Notes under the pieces: model-generated
What the model was told of the DNA's origin: nothing
The model's input: the letters and a program-made list of their open reading frames with translations, nothing else
The model's database searches: none
Source of the DNA: Thermosipho sp. (in: thermotogales)
GTDB lineage: Bacteria; Thermotogota; Thermotogae; Thermotogales; Fervidobacteriaceae
DNA length: 64,000 nucleotides
Assembly: GCA_017656345.1 (NCBI GenBank)
Contig: JACDNZ010000012.1
Location: forward strand, 2,223 to 66,222
Direction of reading: 5' to 3'
Shown: positions 9,525 to 18,743 of the stretch, piece after piece
Position numbering within the stretch: the stretch's first letter is position 1
Layout of the letters: every line of letters begins with the position of its first letter
Program-made: the position numbers and the translations under genes

Positions 9525-11245
9525 GCTATCTCCTCCTCTGAAAGCTGAGAAGAAACTATTTCTTTATATACTTTCGAAGTTCGCATAAGTTCCTTGTGGG
9601 TGCCAATTCCAACAATTCTACCGTTATCAAGTACCAGGATCTTGTCAGAATTCATTATTGTCGCCACTCTCAATGAAACTATTATCACTGTAGAATCTTT
9701 CAGTTTTTCTCTTAAAGCCATTCTAACCCGAGAATCAGTTTTAAAATCTAGAGCTGAAAAGCAATCATCAAAAATATAAATATTCTTTTTTCCAATAATT
9801 CCTCTAGCAATTGCAAGTCTTTGCTTTTGCCCCCCTGATAAATTCGTTCCACCTTGGGAAACTTTCGTTTTAATTCCTTCTGGAAGTTTTGAAACAAATT
9901 CCCATGCCTGGGCAATTTTTAGAGCTTCAATAATTTCCTCTTCAGTAGCATCTTCTTTACCAATTCTTATATTTTCCTCTATGGTTCCCGAAAAAATTAT
10001 CGGTCTTGATGGAACAAGCGAAATCATTTCCCTTAATTCTTTCTGAGAAACTTGTTTTATGTTTATACCATCAATTAATATTTCTCCATTTGTTACATCA
10101 TAAAATCTTAATAAAAGATTTATAAGAGTACTCTTACCAGAACCAGCACTACCTATAATACCTATAAATTCTCCAGGATTTGCCTTAAATGAAATATTTT
10201 CAAGTGCGGGTTCTTTTGCTCCCTGGTAAAAAAAGGTAACGTTTTTAAATTCTATTTCTCCCTTTTTCTTCAATTCTGCAGGCTTGTCTGGATCTTTTAT
10301 TTCAGACTCCATACCCAGTACCTCACGAATTCTTTCGGCTGATGCTGATGCTCTTGGTAAAAATATAAAAATAATTGAAATCATAATAAATGAGAACATT
10401 ATCTGTAAAATATATTGCATAACTGCCATTATATCTCCAACTTGTAATGCTCCTTTATCAACCTGCACTGCTCCTATCCATATTAAGAATATCGTGGTAA
10501 AATTCATTATCAACATAATCATAGGAAAAACTAAAGCAAAAATTCTATTCACTTTTAATGTGGTTTGAGTTAAATCATCATTTGCTCCTTCAAATCTCTT
10601 CTTTTCATACTCAGTTTTAGCAAACGCCCTTATAACTCTAACACCTGTTAAGTTTTCCCTCAAAATTCTATTTAACTTATCAATTTTTTTCTGCATAGAT
10701 CTAAACAAAGGCATGGTATATTTTGCTATAAAATATATTGCCACAAACATAATCGGCAAAGAAACTAAAAGCACCATAGAAAGTTTTGGACTTTTTGATA
10801 CAGCCATAATAGTTCCACCTATAGACATAATTGGAGCAAGCGCTACTAATCTTAACAGCATAAAAACCACAGTTTGAACTTGAGTAATATCATTAGTGTT
10901 CCTTGTAATAAGCGTCGATGTACCAAATTTATCAATCTCGTTTAATGAAAAATTCATTACTCTTTTAAATACCATACTTCTTAAATCTTTACCAAAAAGC
11001 ATCGATACTTTCGCTGCAAAAAAAGTAGCTACTATTGCTGATGAAATATTTAATAACGTAATTAAAAGCATCTTTCCACCGACATTCCAGATATAGTCTA
11101 CATCGCCTCTTGTTACACCTTTATTGACTATATCAGCCATCAAATTTGGAAGATACAAGTTTAAAATCCCCTGGATAGTGACAAAAGTAATAGCAAGGAC
11201 TATAAAAAATGAATACTTTTTTAAGTACTTAAAAAGTTTAATCAT
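9521..11245 (-). CDS. Heterodimeric ABC exporter subunit, TM287-like (degenerate ATPase site)
   Basis: 574 aa. Walker A GSAGSGKST, canonical signature LSGGQKQR, Walker B IYIFDD (Glu to Asp), H-loop His absent (VSLRVAT). 4-nt overlap with the partner gene. Confidence 0.9.
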   Translation of the reverse strand: MIKLFKYLKKYSFFIVLAITFVTIQGILNLYLPNLMADIVNKGVTRGDVDYIWNVGGKMLLITLLNISSAIVATFFAAKVSMLFGKDLRSMVFKRVMNFSLNEIDKFGTSTLITRNTNDITQVQTVVFMLLRLVALAPIMSIGGTIMAVSKSPKLSMVLLVSLPIMFVAIYFIAKYTMPLFRSMQKKIDKLNRILRENLTGVRVIRAFAKTEYEKKRFEGANDDLTQTTLKVNRIFALVFPMIMLIMNFTTIFLIWIGAVQVDKGALQVGDIMAVMQYILQIMFSFIMISIIFIFLPRASASAERIREVLGMESEIKDPDKPAELKKKGEIEFKNVTFFYQGAKEPALENISFKANPGEFIGIIGSAGSGKSTLINLLLRFYDVTNGEILIDGINIKQVSQKELREMISLVPSRPIIFSGTIEENIRIGKEDATEEEIIEALKIAQAWEFVSKLPEGIKTKVSQGGTNLSGGQKQRLAIARGIIGKKNIYIFDDCFSALDFKTDSRVRMALREKLKDSTVIIVSLRVATIMNSDKILVLDNGRIVGIGTHKELMRTSKVYKEIVSSQLSEEEIA

Positions 11246-11678
11246 TTTTCATCGCCTCCAGATTTTTCAATATTTTTTTCAATAAATTGGTAAAACAATT
11301 TATTTCTTCGTCAGTAAAACCTTTTAAACTAAGACTTTCAAAATGCTTCATTTTTCTAAAAAGCTTATCAACTAATTTTTGAGATTTTTCAGTCAAAAAT
11401 ACCTTGAGTTCTCTTCGATCTTTTTCATTGGTTTTTCTTGTTATCAAGCCATGTCTTTCCATTCTTCTTAACATAATTGCAACTGTCGAAGGTGAAACAT
11501 GTATTTTCTCCGCAATTTCATTTTGAGTAATTCCAGGAGTTTGATTTATTATAAAAAATAGTGGAACTTGGCCTGGATGAATTTTATATTTTTCCAACTC
11601 ATTTCTCAAAATTTGGAATTTCAATTTTTCAAATTCCGAAAGGAGCAAAAATACCTCAGAAAATTCTTCAAAATTCAT
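11238..11678 (-). CDS. MarR-family transcriptional regulator
   Basis: 146 aa. Winged-helix region GITQNEIAEKIHVSPSTVAIMLRRMERHGLITRK..DRR. 8-nt overlap with the downstream ABC gene. Confidence 0.85.
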   Translation of the reverse strand: MNFEEFSEVFLLLSEFEKLKFQILRNELEKYKIHPGQVPLFFIINQTPGITQNEIAEKIHVSPSTVAIMLRRMERHGLITRKTNEKDRRELKVFLTEKSQKLVDKLFRKMKHFESLSLKGFTDEEINCFTNLLKKILKNLEAMKND

Positions 11679-11710
11679 TTTATCACCTCTAGAAATTAAA
11701 TTAAAAATAA

Positions 11711-11737
11711 TTTGATGTATAATTATTTTACATCAAA
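11711..11737. promoter_or_regulatory. Candidate MarR operator (perfect 9-bp inverted repeat with 9-nt spacer)
   Basis: TTTGATGTA-taattattt-TACATCAAA lies 33-59 nt upstream of the marR start. It overlaps the predicted -10 element. Confidence 0.45.
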
Positions 11738-11753
11738 CTATTTTTTTTGTCAA
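11725..11753 (-). promoter_or_regulatory. Sigma-70-type promoter of the marR-ABC operon
   Basis: The minus strand reads TTGACA (11753-11748), a 17-nt spacer, then TAAAAT (11730-11725). Confidence 0.6.
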
Positions 11754-11754
11754 T

Positions 11755-11778
11755 AAAAAAGTGGCTCAAATGAGCCAC
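11755..11778 (-). terminator. Intrinsic terminator after lpd
   Basis: GTGGCTCA..TGAGCCAC inverted repeat (11761-11778) flanked by an A-run and a T-run. On the minus transcript the hairpin is followed by UUUUUU. Confidence 0.7.
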
Positions 11779-11802
11779 TTTTTATTCGTTAATTATCTCA
11801 GG

Positions 11803-13164
11803 TTAAATATGAATTGGTAAACCTTCTGCTGCTTCAAATGCTCCAAGAATTGTTTCGGTAAGAGTTGGGTGTGGATGTATGCTATCAGTTAGCTCTTCCA
11901 ACGTTAATCCATATTTCACAGCAATTACTCCTTCCATTATCATATCTGTTGCTGAAGGCGAAACTATTGAAAATCCTAAAACTTTCTTCGTTTCTTTATC
12001 TACAATAACTTTTGCAAAACCTTCTCTTTCCTCCATAGTTCTTGCTCTTCCATTTGCTGAAACCGGAAATTTACCTACTATGATTTTTTCTGGTGCAAGG
12101 TCTTTTTCTTTTAGCCCTGTAGTTGCCACTTCTGGATTTGAAAAAATTATTGAAGGAACTGCTCTATAATCCATTTCTCTGGTTTCACCTGCAATATTAT
12201 GTGCCGCTACAATTCCCTCTAGCATTGCAACATGTGCTAACATTATCTGGCCTCTGATATCTCCTATTGCATAAACATTATCTATGTTTGTTTTCATTGT
12301 ACTATCTGTTACAACTCCTCTTTCAATTTGCACTCCAAGAACCTTGACATCCTCCGGTATATTGGGCTTTCTTCCAACTGCTAACAATATTTTTTCTGCT
12401 GTTATTTCTAAAATCTCGTCTCCAGATGCTGCTGTTACTTTATACTCATTCTCAATTTTCTTAATTTCCGTAACTTTTGTTTTTTCAAATATTTTTACTC
12501 CTTTCTTTATCAATGACTTTTTTACCTCTGCTGCAACATCTTTATCTTCATTTGGAAGTATATGCTCTTCTAATTCCACAATTGTTACTTTCTTCCCAAA
12601 AGATGAGAAGAACGTCGCAAATTCAACACCAATTACTCCTCCACCAACTATTAATACACTTTCAGGAAGTTTCTCCATTCCAAATACATCATCACTTGTC
12701 CATATTCCTTCTATCTCACTAAACGGTGGAAACATCGTTGGAACCGATCCATGAGCTAATATCAAATATTCACTCTGTAATGTTTCACCTGTTTCTTTTA
12801 TTTCCACAGTATGGTTATCTTTTATTACACCTGTTCCTTTATATACATCAACTTTGTTTTTCTTCATTAAATATTCAATTCCTTTTCTTGACATCGTTAT
12901 TGATTTATTCATATGTTTCATTATTCCAGCAAGATCGTATGATATATTATCAATTTTCAATCCAAACTTTTTCGCTTTTGAAAACATCTCCGTGTATAAA
13001 TGTGCTGCTGTTAATAAAGCTTTCGTAGGTATACAACCTTTATTGGTACAAGTCCCTCCCAGTTCTTCCTTTTCAATAAGAGCCACCCTTTTCCCAAGTT
13101 GAGTTAATCTAATTGCTGCCACATAACCTCCTGGACCGCCTCCTATTACTATTACATCATACAT
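11803..13164 (-). CDS. lpd: Dihydrolipoyl dehydrogenase (pyridine nucleotide-disulfide oxidoreductase class I)
   Basis: 453 aa. FAD motif GGGPGGY, redox disulfide GGTCTNKGCIPTK, NAD motif GGGVIGVE, C-terminal HPHPTLTE. Confidence 0.85.
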   Translation of the reverse strand: MYDVIVIGGGPGGYVAAIRLTQLGKRVALIEKEELGGTCTNKGCIPTKALLTAAHLYTEMFSKAKKFGLKIDNISYDLAGIMKHMNKSITMSRKGIEYLMKKNKVDVYKGTGVIKDNHTVEIKETGETLQSEYLILAHGSVPTMFPPFSEIEGIWTSDDVFGMEKLPESVLIVGGGVIGVEFATFFSSFGKKVTIVELEEHILPNEDKDVAAEVKKSLIKKGVKIFEKTKVTEIKKIENEYKVTAASGDEILEITAEKILLAVGRKPNIPEDVKVLGVQIERGVVTDSTMKTNIDNVYAIGDIRGQIMLAHVAMLEGIVAAHNIAGETREMDYRAVPSIIFSNPEVATTGLKEKDLAPEKIIVGKFPVSANGRARTMEEREGFAKVIVDKETKKVLGFSIVSPSATDMIMEGVIAVKYGLTLEELTDSIHPHPTLTETILGAFEAAEGLPIHI

Positions 13165-13200
13165 TTTATCACCTCTTCCTTCAAATTTATTTCCATTCTT

Positions 13201-13228
13201 ATTATATCTTTATTTACAAAATATTCAA
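13201..13228 (-). promoter_or_regulatory. Candidate promoter of lpd
   Basis: The minus strand reads TTGAAT (13228-13223), a 16-nt spacer, then TATAAT (13206-13201). It is overlapped by the inverted repeat TTTACAAA-N8-TTTGTAAA (13213-13236). Confidence 0.45.
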
Positions 13229-13324
13229 TTTGTAAATCCTTACAATTCATAAAGAAAAACATAATTTTTTCAAATATTTCAAAAATTTAAGAAAATTAAT
13301 ACTGCAAAATAAGCAATTTAGCTT

Positions 13325-13356
13325 AAAAACAAGAGGTCCTGAAAAATCAGGACCTC
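13325..13356 (-). terminator. Intrinsic terminator after pepF
   Basis: 11-bp stem AGAGGTCCTGA / TCAGGACCTCT with a 3-nt loop (13332-13356). UGUUUUU follows on the minus transcript. Confidence 0.75.
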
Positions 13357-13362
13357 TCAACT

Positions 13363-15078
13363 TCATTTTTCTAATTCCTCTACTTTTTCTCTCACAAAAT
13401 CTACAATCTCCCCTATATGAGTTTCTGAAAAATCAAGTTTTATACCAGCAATTTCGTATACCTTGTCAATTGGGACCTTATTTCCAGTTTTTAAAAACCT
13501 TATATAATTTTCAATCGTTCTTTCAGGATTTTCAAGATAATTCTTGTAAATCGAAAGCGCACCAAGTTGTGCAATTCCGTATTCAATGTAATAAAATGGT
13601 GCCTGGAATATATGAAGTTGGAACAGCCATCTGTATTTCTTTTCTTTTTCTAAATCAGTCCAGTCAATACCTTGACTGAATCTATCCATTAGTTTTCCAA
13701 AGTATTCAGCTCTTTCTTCTGCAGTATGTTCTGGATTTGTATAAATCCATTGTTGAAATGCATCTACAGTCATACACCATGGTAAAAATAATACAGCATT
13801 TTCAAGTTCTTCTATCATTGCTTTTCTAAAATCTTCGCTATCTTGATAGTATTCATTCCAATAATGTAAAGTTAAAAGTTCCATACTCATGGAAGCAAGC
13901 TCAGCTATCTCCATTCTTTTCGGCCTATAGTATAAATTTGGAATATTCACAGTTTCGAACGTATGCATAGCATGACCTGATTCATGTAAAAGAGTTCTTA
14001 CATCGCTACTATTCCCTGTAGCATTCATAAATATGAAAGGAGCACCTGTTTCAGGTAATGGGTAGTTATAACCTCCCGGAGCTTTCCCCTTCCTATTTTC
14101 AAGATCTAACAACTTCGTATTTTTCATTTTTTCAAGTCTAATCCCAAATTCTTTTTTTACATTCCCAAGTATTTTTATTGCCTTATCAACAAATTCATCA
14201 ATTGTTTCAAATGGCATCAATGTTTTTCCATCAACATCAACGTATCGATCCCATGGTTTTACAACATCAATTCCAAGCTTTCTTGCCCTTTTTTCCATTC
14301 TTTCTTTAAAGAAAGGCATAACCTTTTTTTCAACTGATTCATGGAATGAATATATATCTTCAACACTATACTCAAATCTTCCTTTAAGCTTATGTATATA
14401 ATCTCTGTAGTTATTAAACCCTGCATTTCTTGCCTGTTTTATTCTAATCTCCTTCAATTCATCAAATATTCTGTTGAATTCATCTTTATATTTCAAAATT
14501 CCTTCATATCTTTTCCTCCAAGCTTCTTCACGTTCATCTCTATCCGGCGATTTTAAATATGGTACTAACTGTTGAAGTGTTTTTTCCTCACCTTTAAATC
14601 TTACGGTTATTGATCCATATATTGCTCCGTATCTACTCGAGAGTTTTCTTTCTTCAACTTGCAATGGAATATTTTCTTCTCTGAACATTTCAATATTATT
14701 CGAAATAATTTTCATCATATGACTGTATTCATCTGGTAAACTTTTCGAAAAAGGAGATTCATATAACTTTTTTTCAAATTTAAATAAAAATGGTTTCACT
14801 TTCGAAACAACATTTGCAAAATAATCGTTAAATTTATCAGCATATTCCTTTCTATCAGCAAATCTTGTCATATTAATATACCTTCGGCCCATTTCCTCAT
14901 CTACTATATCACTTAACTCTGTTATTTTTTCAACAAGTTTAATAATATCATTTTCAGACTTAATTGGCATTTCTATTAATTCTTCGAGCTTTTCAATTAT
15001 TTGATTTGCATTTGTTGCATCTAATTCTTTAAAGTACTTTCTTTCCTTTTTCACAATTTTTTCATTCGTAAATACCAT
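13363..15078 (-). CDS. pepF: Oligoendopeptidase F family (M3B) metallopeptidase
   Basis: 571 aa. Zinc motif HESGHAMH. Length and layout are typical of M3B. Confidence 0.8.
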   Translation of the reverse strand: MVFTNEKIVKKERKYFKELDATNANQIIEKLEELIEMPIKSENDIIKLVEKITELSDIVDEEMGRRYINMTRFADRKEYADKFNDYFANVVSKVKPFLFKFEKKLYESPFSKSLPDEYSHMMKIISNNIEMFREENIPLQVEERKLSSRYGAIYGSITVRFKGEEKTLQQLVPYLKSPDRDEREEAWRKRYEGILKYKDEFNRIFDELKEIRIKQARNAGFNNYRDYIHKLKGRFEYSVEDIYSFHESVEKKVMPFFKERMEKRARKLGIDVVKPWDRYVDVDGKTLMPFETIDEFVDKAIKILGNVKKEFGIRLEKMKNTKLLDLENRKGKAPGGYNYPLPETGAPFIFMNATGNSSDVRTLLHESGHAMHTFETVNIPNLYYRPKRMEIAELASMSMELLTLHYWNEYYQDSEDFRKAMIEELENAVLFLPWCMTVDAFQQWIYTNPEHTAEERAEYFGKLMDRFSQGIDWTDLEKEKKYRWLFQLHIFQAPFYYIEYGIAQLGALSIYKNYLENPERTIENYIRFLKTGNKVPIDKVYEIAGIKLDFSETHIGEIVDFVREKVEELEK

Positions 15079-16454
15079 TAATACCCCCCCTTTTTGCTGT
15101 GAATTATTGGTTTTTTCCAGTTTGCAAACTTTATAAATAAACCTGCTAAAATCAACGCAAGTATGTTACTTATAATCATTGCAAAAAATAAACCTTTAAA
15201 ACCAAAATATGACGAAAAAATTGCAATCAATGGTACTCTTATTCCCCAAAGCCTCGTTATATCTACAATCATTGAAAGCTCAGTTCTACCAGCTCCAACC
15301 AGGGTATTTGTAAAAACAGTCATAGAAGTAAAAAATGGTAAAGAAAAAGAAACATATCTGAAGAATAAATATCCAACCTGGATTACCTCCGGATCATTAA
15401 TAAAAAATTTTGTAAGATATCCTCCAAAAAAGAAAGTAAGACAACTTAATGTAAAGACAATCAAAAAGTTAGTTAAAAATGCTATTTTTACTGTTCTAGA
15501 CGCATTATTTATATCATTCGCTCCCAAAAATTGACCAATCATTGTAGTAACAGATGCACCAATTCCAAAAGAAATCATAGTTATAAAATTTATAATCCTG
15601 TTCCCAACACCATATGCACTTACTACCGTTGGTCCAAAACTTGAAACAAATCTCATGATTACCACAAAACCAAGAGAAGTAAACGTCATACTAATTGAAC
15701 CAGGTAAACCTATTTTGAAAACTTTTTTAATTAATTCAAATTCCGGTTTTAAACACTTAAGCGATATTTTAAATCCTCTTTTTCCTTTAAAAAGATGATT
15801 CAATGAAATCCATGCTGCTAAAATTCTTGCAAGTGTCGTAGCTAAAGCCGCACCTTTTACTCCCATTGCAGGGAAAACTAAAAGGCCGAATATTAATAAA
15901 GGATCAAGAACAATATTCACAACTGTGGAAATAAACATTATATTCATGGTAAACTTGGCATCTCCCCAACCTCTTAAGATCGAGGAAACAGAATTAAATA
16001 TAAAAGCAAAAGGAAGCCCTAACATTATTAAGTTAAAATAAGAAACTGCATAATCAGTAACCATTTTACTTTCTTGACCGGCTATTAACGAAATGACAGG
16101 TCTTGAAACTATTATTCCTAAAACAGATAAAAAAATACCTAGCAATATGGAAATTAAAAGAACCTGACCAGCCGCTTTTTTTGCGTTTTCGGAATCTTTA
16201 GCTCCTGTAAATTGTGCCACTAAGGCAACACCTGCTTGAGTAAATCCAATTGATAAAGAAATGAAAACAAAAATTAAAGGCCATACTATCGTAGGTGCCG
16301 AAAACTCAATCTTCCCCAATTTCCCAAGAAAATATGCATCTACGGCATTATATAAGGTTTGCATTAAATTAGAAACTATCATCGGCCAACTGAGCAAAAA
16401 TAGTGAAGAAAAAATTCCGCGACTAAATATATCAACTCTATGTTTAGAAACCAA
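15078..16454 (-). CDS. MATE-family efflux transporter
   Basis: 458 aa with about 12 TM helices. The N-terminal LSWPMIVSNLMQTLYNAVDAYFLGKLG is typical of MATE. TTG start with GGAGGG SD. Confidence 0.8.
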   Translation of the reverse strand: MVSKHRVDIFSRGIFSSLFLLSWPMIVSNLMQTLYNAVDAYFLGKLGKIEFSAPTIVWPLIFVFISLSIGFTQAGVALVAQFTGAKDSENAKKAAGQVLLISILLGIFLSVLGIIVSRPVISLIAGQESKMVTDYAVSYFNLIMLGLPFAFIFNSVSSILRGWGDAKFTMNIMFISTVVNIVLDPLLIFGLLVFPAMGVKGAALATTLARILAAWISLNHLFKGKRGFKISLKCLKPEFELIKKVFKIGLPGSISMTFTSLGFVVIMRFVSSFGPTVVSAYGVGNRIINFITMISFGIGASVTTMIGQFLGANDINNASRTVKIAFLTNFLIVFTLSCLTFFFGGYLTKFFINDPEVIQVGYLFFRYVSFSLPFFTSMTVFTNTLVGAGRTELSMIVDITRLWGIRVPLIAIFSSYFGFKGLFFAMIISNILALILAGLFIKFANWKKPIIHSKKGGY

Positions 16455-16536
16455 ACATATCCCTCCAAAAAAATTATTCGCTATACTAACAATTTTAACA
16501 CATTTTATGATATAATCAAAACAGGGAGGTGTTTAT

Positions 16537-17496
16537 ATGAATTATAGAAAAGTAGGAAAGTGGGGGTTGAAAATCAGTGAACTTTCACTTGGTTCGTGGG
16601 TTACTTTTGGCAATCAGCTTGACATTAAGAGCGCAAAAGAAATAGTGAGAGAAGCTTTTAAAAATGGTATTAACTTTTTCGATACAGCGGAAGCATATGC
16701 AAATGGTATGGCTGAATCCATGCTTGGTGAAATCCTCAAAGAATTTAGAAGAAGTGATATAGTTGTATCTACAAAGATATTCTGGGGTGGTGATGGTCCA
16801 AATGACAGAGGCCTTTCAAGAAAACACTTAATTGAGGGAATCTGGAATTCTTTAAAAAGACTTCAAATGGAGTATGTAGACATAGTATACTGCCATAGAC
16901 CTGATCCTGAAACTCCTATCGAAGAGACAGTACTAGCAATGGATTATATAGTTAGAAATGGTCTTGCTTTCTATTGGGGAACATCAGAATGGTCTGCCGA
17001 ACAATTAGAAAAAGCTCATAAAGCTTGTAAAGAATTAAACTGTATTCCTCCAATTGTTGAACAACCACAATATAATATGCTTGTAAGAGAAAGAGTCGAA
17101 AAAGAATATCAACCCATATATGAAAAATATGGAATGGGTTTAACAACCTGGAGTCCACTCGCCTCAGGAATTTTAACTGGAAAATACAACAATGGTATTC
17201 CTGAAGACTCAAGGCTTGCAAAATTTCCAAATCTTAAAAAACATCTCGAAGAAACAGGCGTTTTAAGCGAAAAAACTTTCGTTAAACTCCAAAAACTCCA
17301 AAAGATTGCTGACTCACTTGATGCAAAACTTTCACAACTTGCTCTTGCCTGGTGTTTATTAAATCCAAATGTCAGCAGTGTAATTCTTGGTGTTTCGAAA
17401 ATGGAACAATTAAAGGAAAATCTCAAAGCTATCGAAATAAAAGAAAAGATAACCACTGAAATAGCTACTGAAATAAACAAAATTCTAGAAGAATAG
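16537..17496 (+). CDS. Aldo/keto reductase (Kv-beta / YajO-like)
   Basis: 319 aa. FDTAEAYANG, GLSRKHLIEGIWNSLKRLQMEYVDIVYCHRPD. GGGAGG SD. Confidence 0.85.
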   Translation: MNYRKVGKWGLKISELSLGSWVTFGNQLDIKSAKEIVREAFKNGINFFDTAEAYANGMAESMLGEILKEFRRSDIVVSTKIFWGGDGPNDRGLSRKHLIEGIWNSLKRLQMEYVDIVYCHRPDPETPIEETVLAMDYIVRNGLAFYWGTSEWSAEQLEKAHKACKELNCIPPIVEQPQYNMLVRERVEKEYQPIYEKYGMGLTTWSPLASGILTGKYNNGIPEDSRLAKFPNLKKHLEETGVLSEKTFVKLQKLQKIADSLDAKLSQLALAWCLLNPNVSSVILGVSKMEQLKENLKAIEIKEKITTEIATEINKILEE

Positions 17497-17507
17497 GAGG
17501 AGCAAAA

Positions 17508-18707
17508 ATGTTAAAAAAGTACGCAGAAGTAGTATTAAAAATAGGATTAAACCTTCAAAAAGGTCAAAGACTCTTCATTAGAGCACCAATTGATGCTCGT
17601 GATTTTGTAGAAACCATTACTGATATTGCTTATGATCTCGGTGCATACGATGTGTATGTAAAATGGAGTGATGAAGTACTTACAAAAATAAAACTAAAAA
17701 AAGCCAGTGACGATGCTCTAAAAGAAGTTCCTGAATGGGAAATAAAAGCTTCCGAAGATCTGTTAAACAAGAAAGCTGCTCTTTTAAGTATTACTGGAGG
17801 AGATCCTGATATATTGAAAGATGTTCCACCAAACAAAATTGGTATTGCAGCAAAAGCAAGAAATTTAGCAATGAAAGATATCTCAAAAAGAATTATGTCA
17901 AATGAAATAAGTTGGTGTGTTGCAGCATATCCAACAGAAAAATGGGCAAAAAAAGTATTTGGAACTGATAATTCAAAAGAAAAATTATTCGAATATATAC
18001 TCAAATCATCAAGAATTGAGGGTGACCCTGTTGAAAACTGGAAAGAACATATTTCTAACCTACAAAGAATTACCAATTTTCTCAATAAAATGCAGTTTGA
18101 CTTCTTACACTATGAAGGCCCTGGTACAGATTTAAAAGTTGGTCTTCCGAAAAACCATGTATGGATATCAGGTGCCCAAGATAATTCCGATGGAATTACG
18201 TTTGTTCCAAATATTCCAACTGAAGAAATATTTACTGCTCCTCATAAAGATCAAATTAATGGTATTGTTAAAAATAGTCTGCCACTTGCATATGCTGGAA
18301 ATATAATTGATAATTTCACACTTGAATTCAAAGATGGAAAAATTGTAAATTACAAAGCAGAAACTGGTGAAGATGTTTTGAAAACAATTCTTGAAACAGA
18401 TGAAGGTGCCAAATCTTTAGGTGAAGTCGCATTAGTGCCAGTAGATTCACCAATTTATCAAATGAAAACTATTTTCTATAACACGCTCTTTGACGAGAAT
18501 GCTGCTTCACATTTCGCATTTGGAAGAGCCTACTCTAGTTGTATAAAAAATGGTGAAAAATTGTCTGAAGAAGAATTAAAAGCTGCAGGATTAAATGTAA
18601 GTATTACTCATGTTGACTTTATGATAGGAAACGAACAAATGAAAGTAACAGGTTATAAAAATGGCGAAAAAATAGTAATAATGGAAAACGGCAAATGGAT
18701 TATTTAA
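17508..18707 (+). CDS. M29-family aminopeptidase (AmpS/PepS-like)
   Basis: 399 aa. The overall pattern (LHYEGPGTDLKVGL, EEIFTAP, HFAFG) matches aminopeptidase T/S proteins as I recall them. Confidence 0.75.
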   Translation: MLKKYAEVVLKIGLNLQKGQRLFIRAPIDARDFVETITDIAYDLGAYDVYVKWSDEVLTKIKLKKASDDALKEVPEWEIKASEDLLNKKAALLSITGGDPDILKDVPPNKIGIAAKARNLAMKDISKRIMSNEISWCVAAYPTEKWAKKVFGTDNSKEKLFEYILKSSRIEGDPVENWKEHISNLQRITNFLNKMQFDFLHYEGPGTDLKVGLPKNHVWISGAQDNSDGITFVPNIPTEEIFTAPHKDQINGIVKNSLPLAYAGNIIDNFTLEFKDGKIVNYKAETGEDVLKTILETDEGAKSLGEVALVPVDSPIYQMKTIFYNTLFDENAASHFAFGRAYSSCIKNGEKLSEEELKAAGLNVSITHVDFMIGNEQMKVTGYKNGEKIVIMENGKWII

Positions 18708-18730
18708 GGGCAGCAGGTGCTGCCCTTTTT
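18708..18730 (+). terminator. Intrinsic terminator after the aminopeptidase gene
   Basis: GGGCAGC-aggt-GCTGCCC followed by TTTTT, directly after the stop codon. Confidence 0.75.
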
Positions 18731-18743
18731 GGAGGTTTCTATT

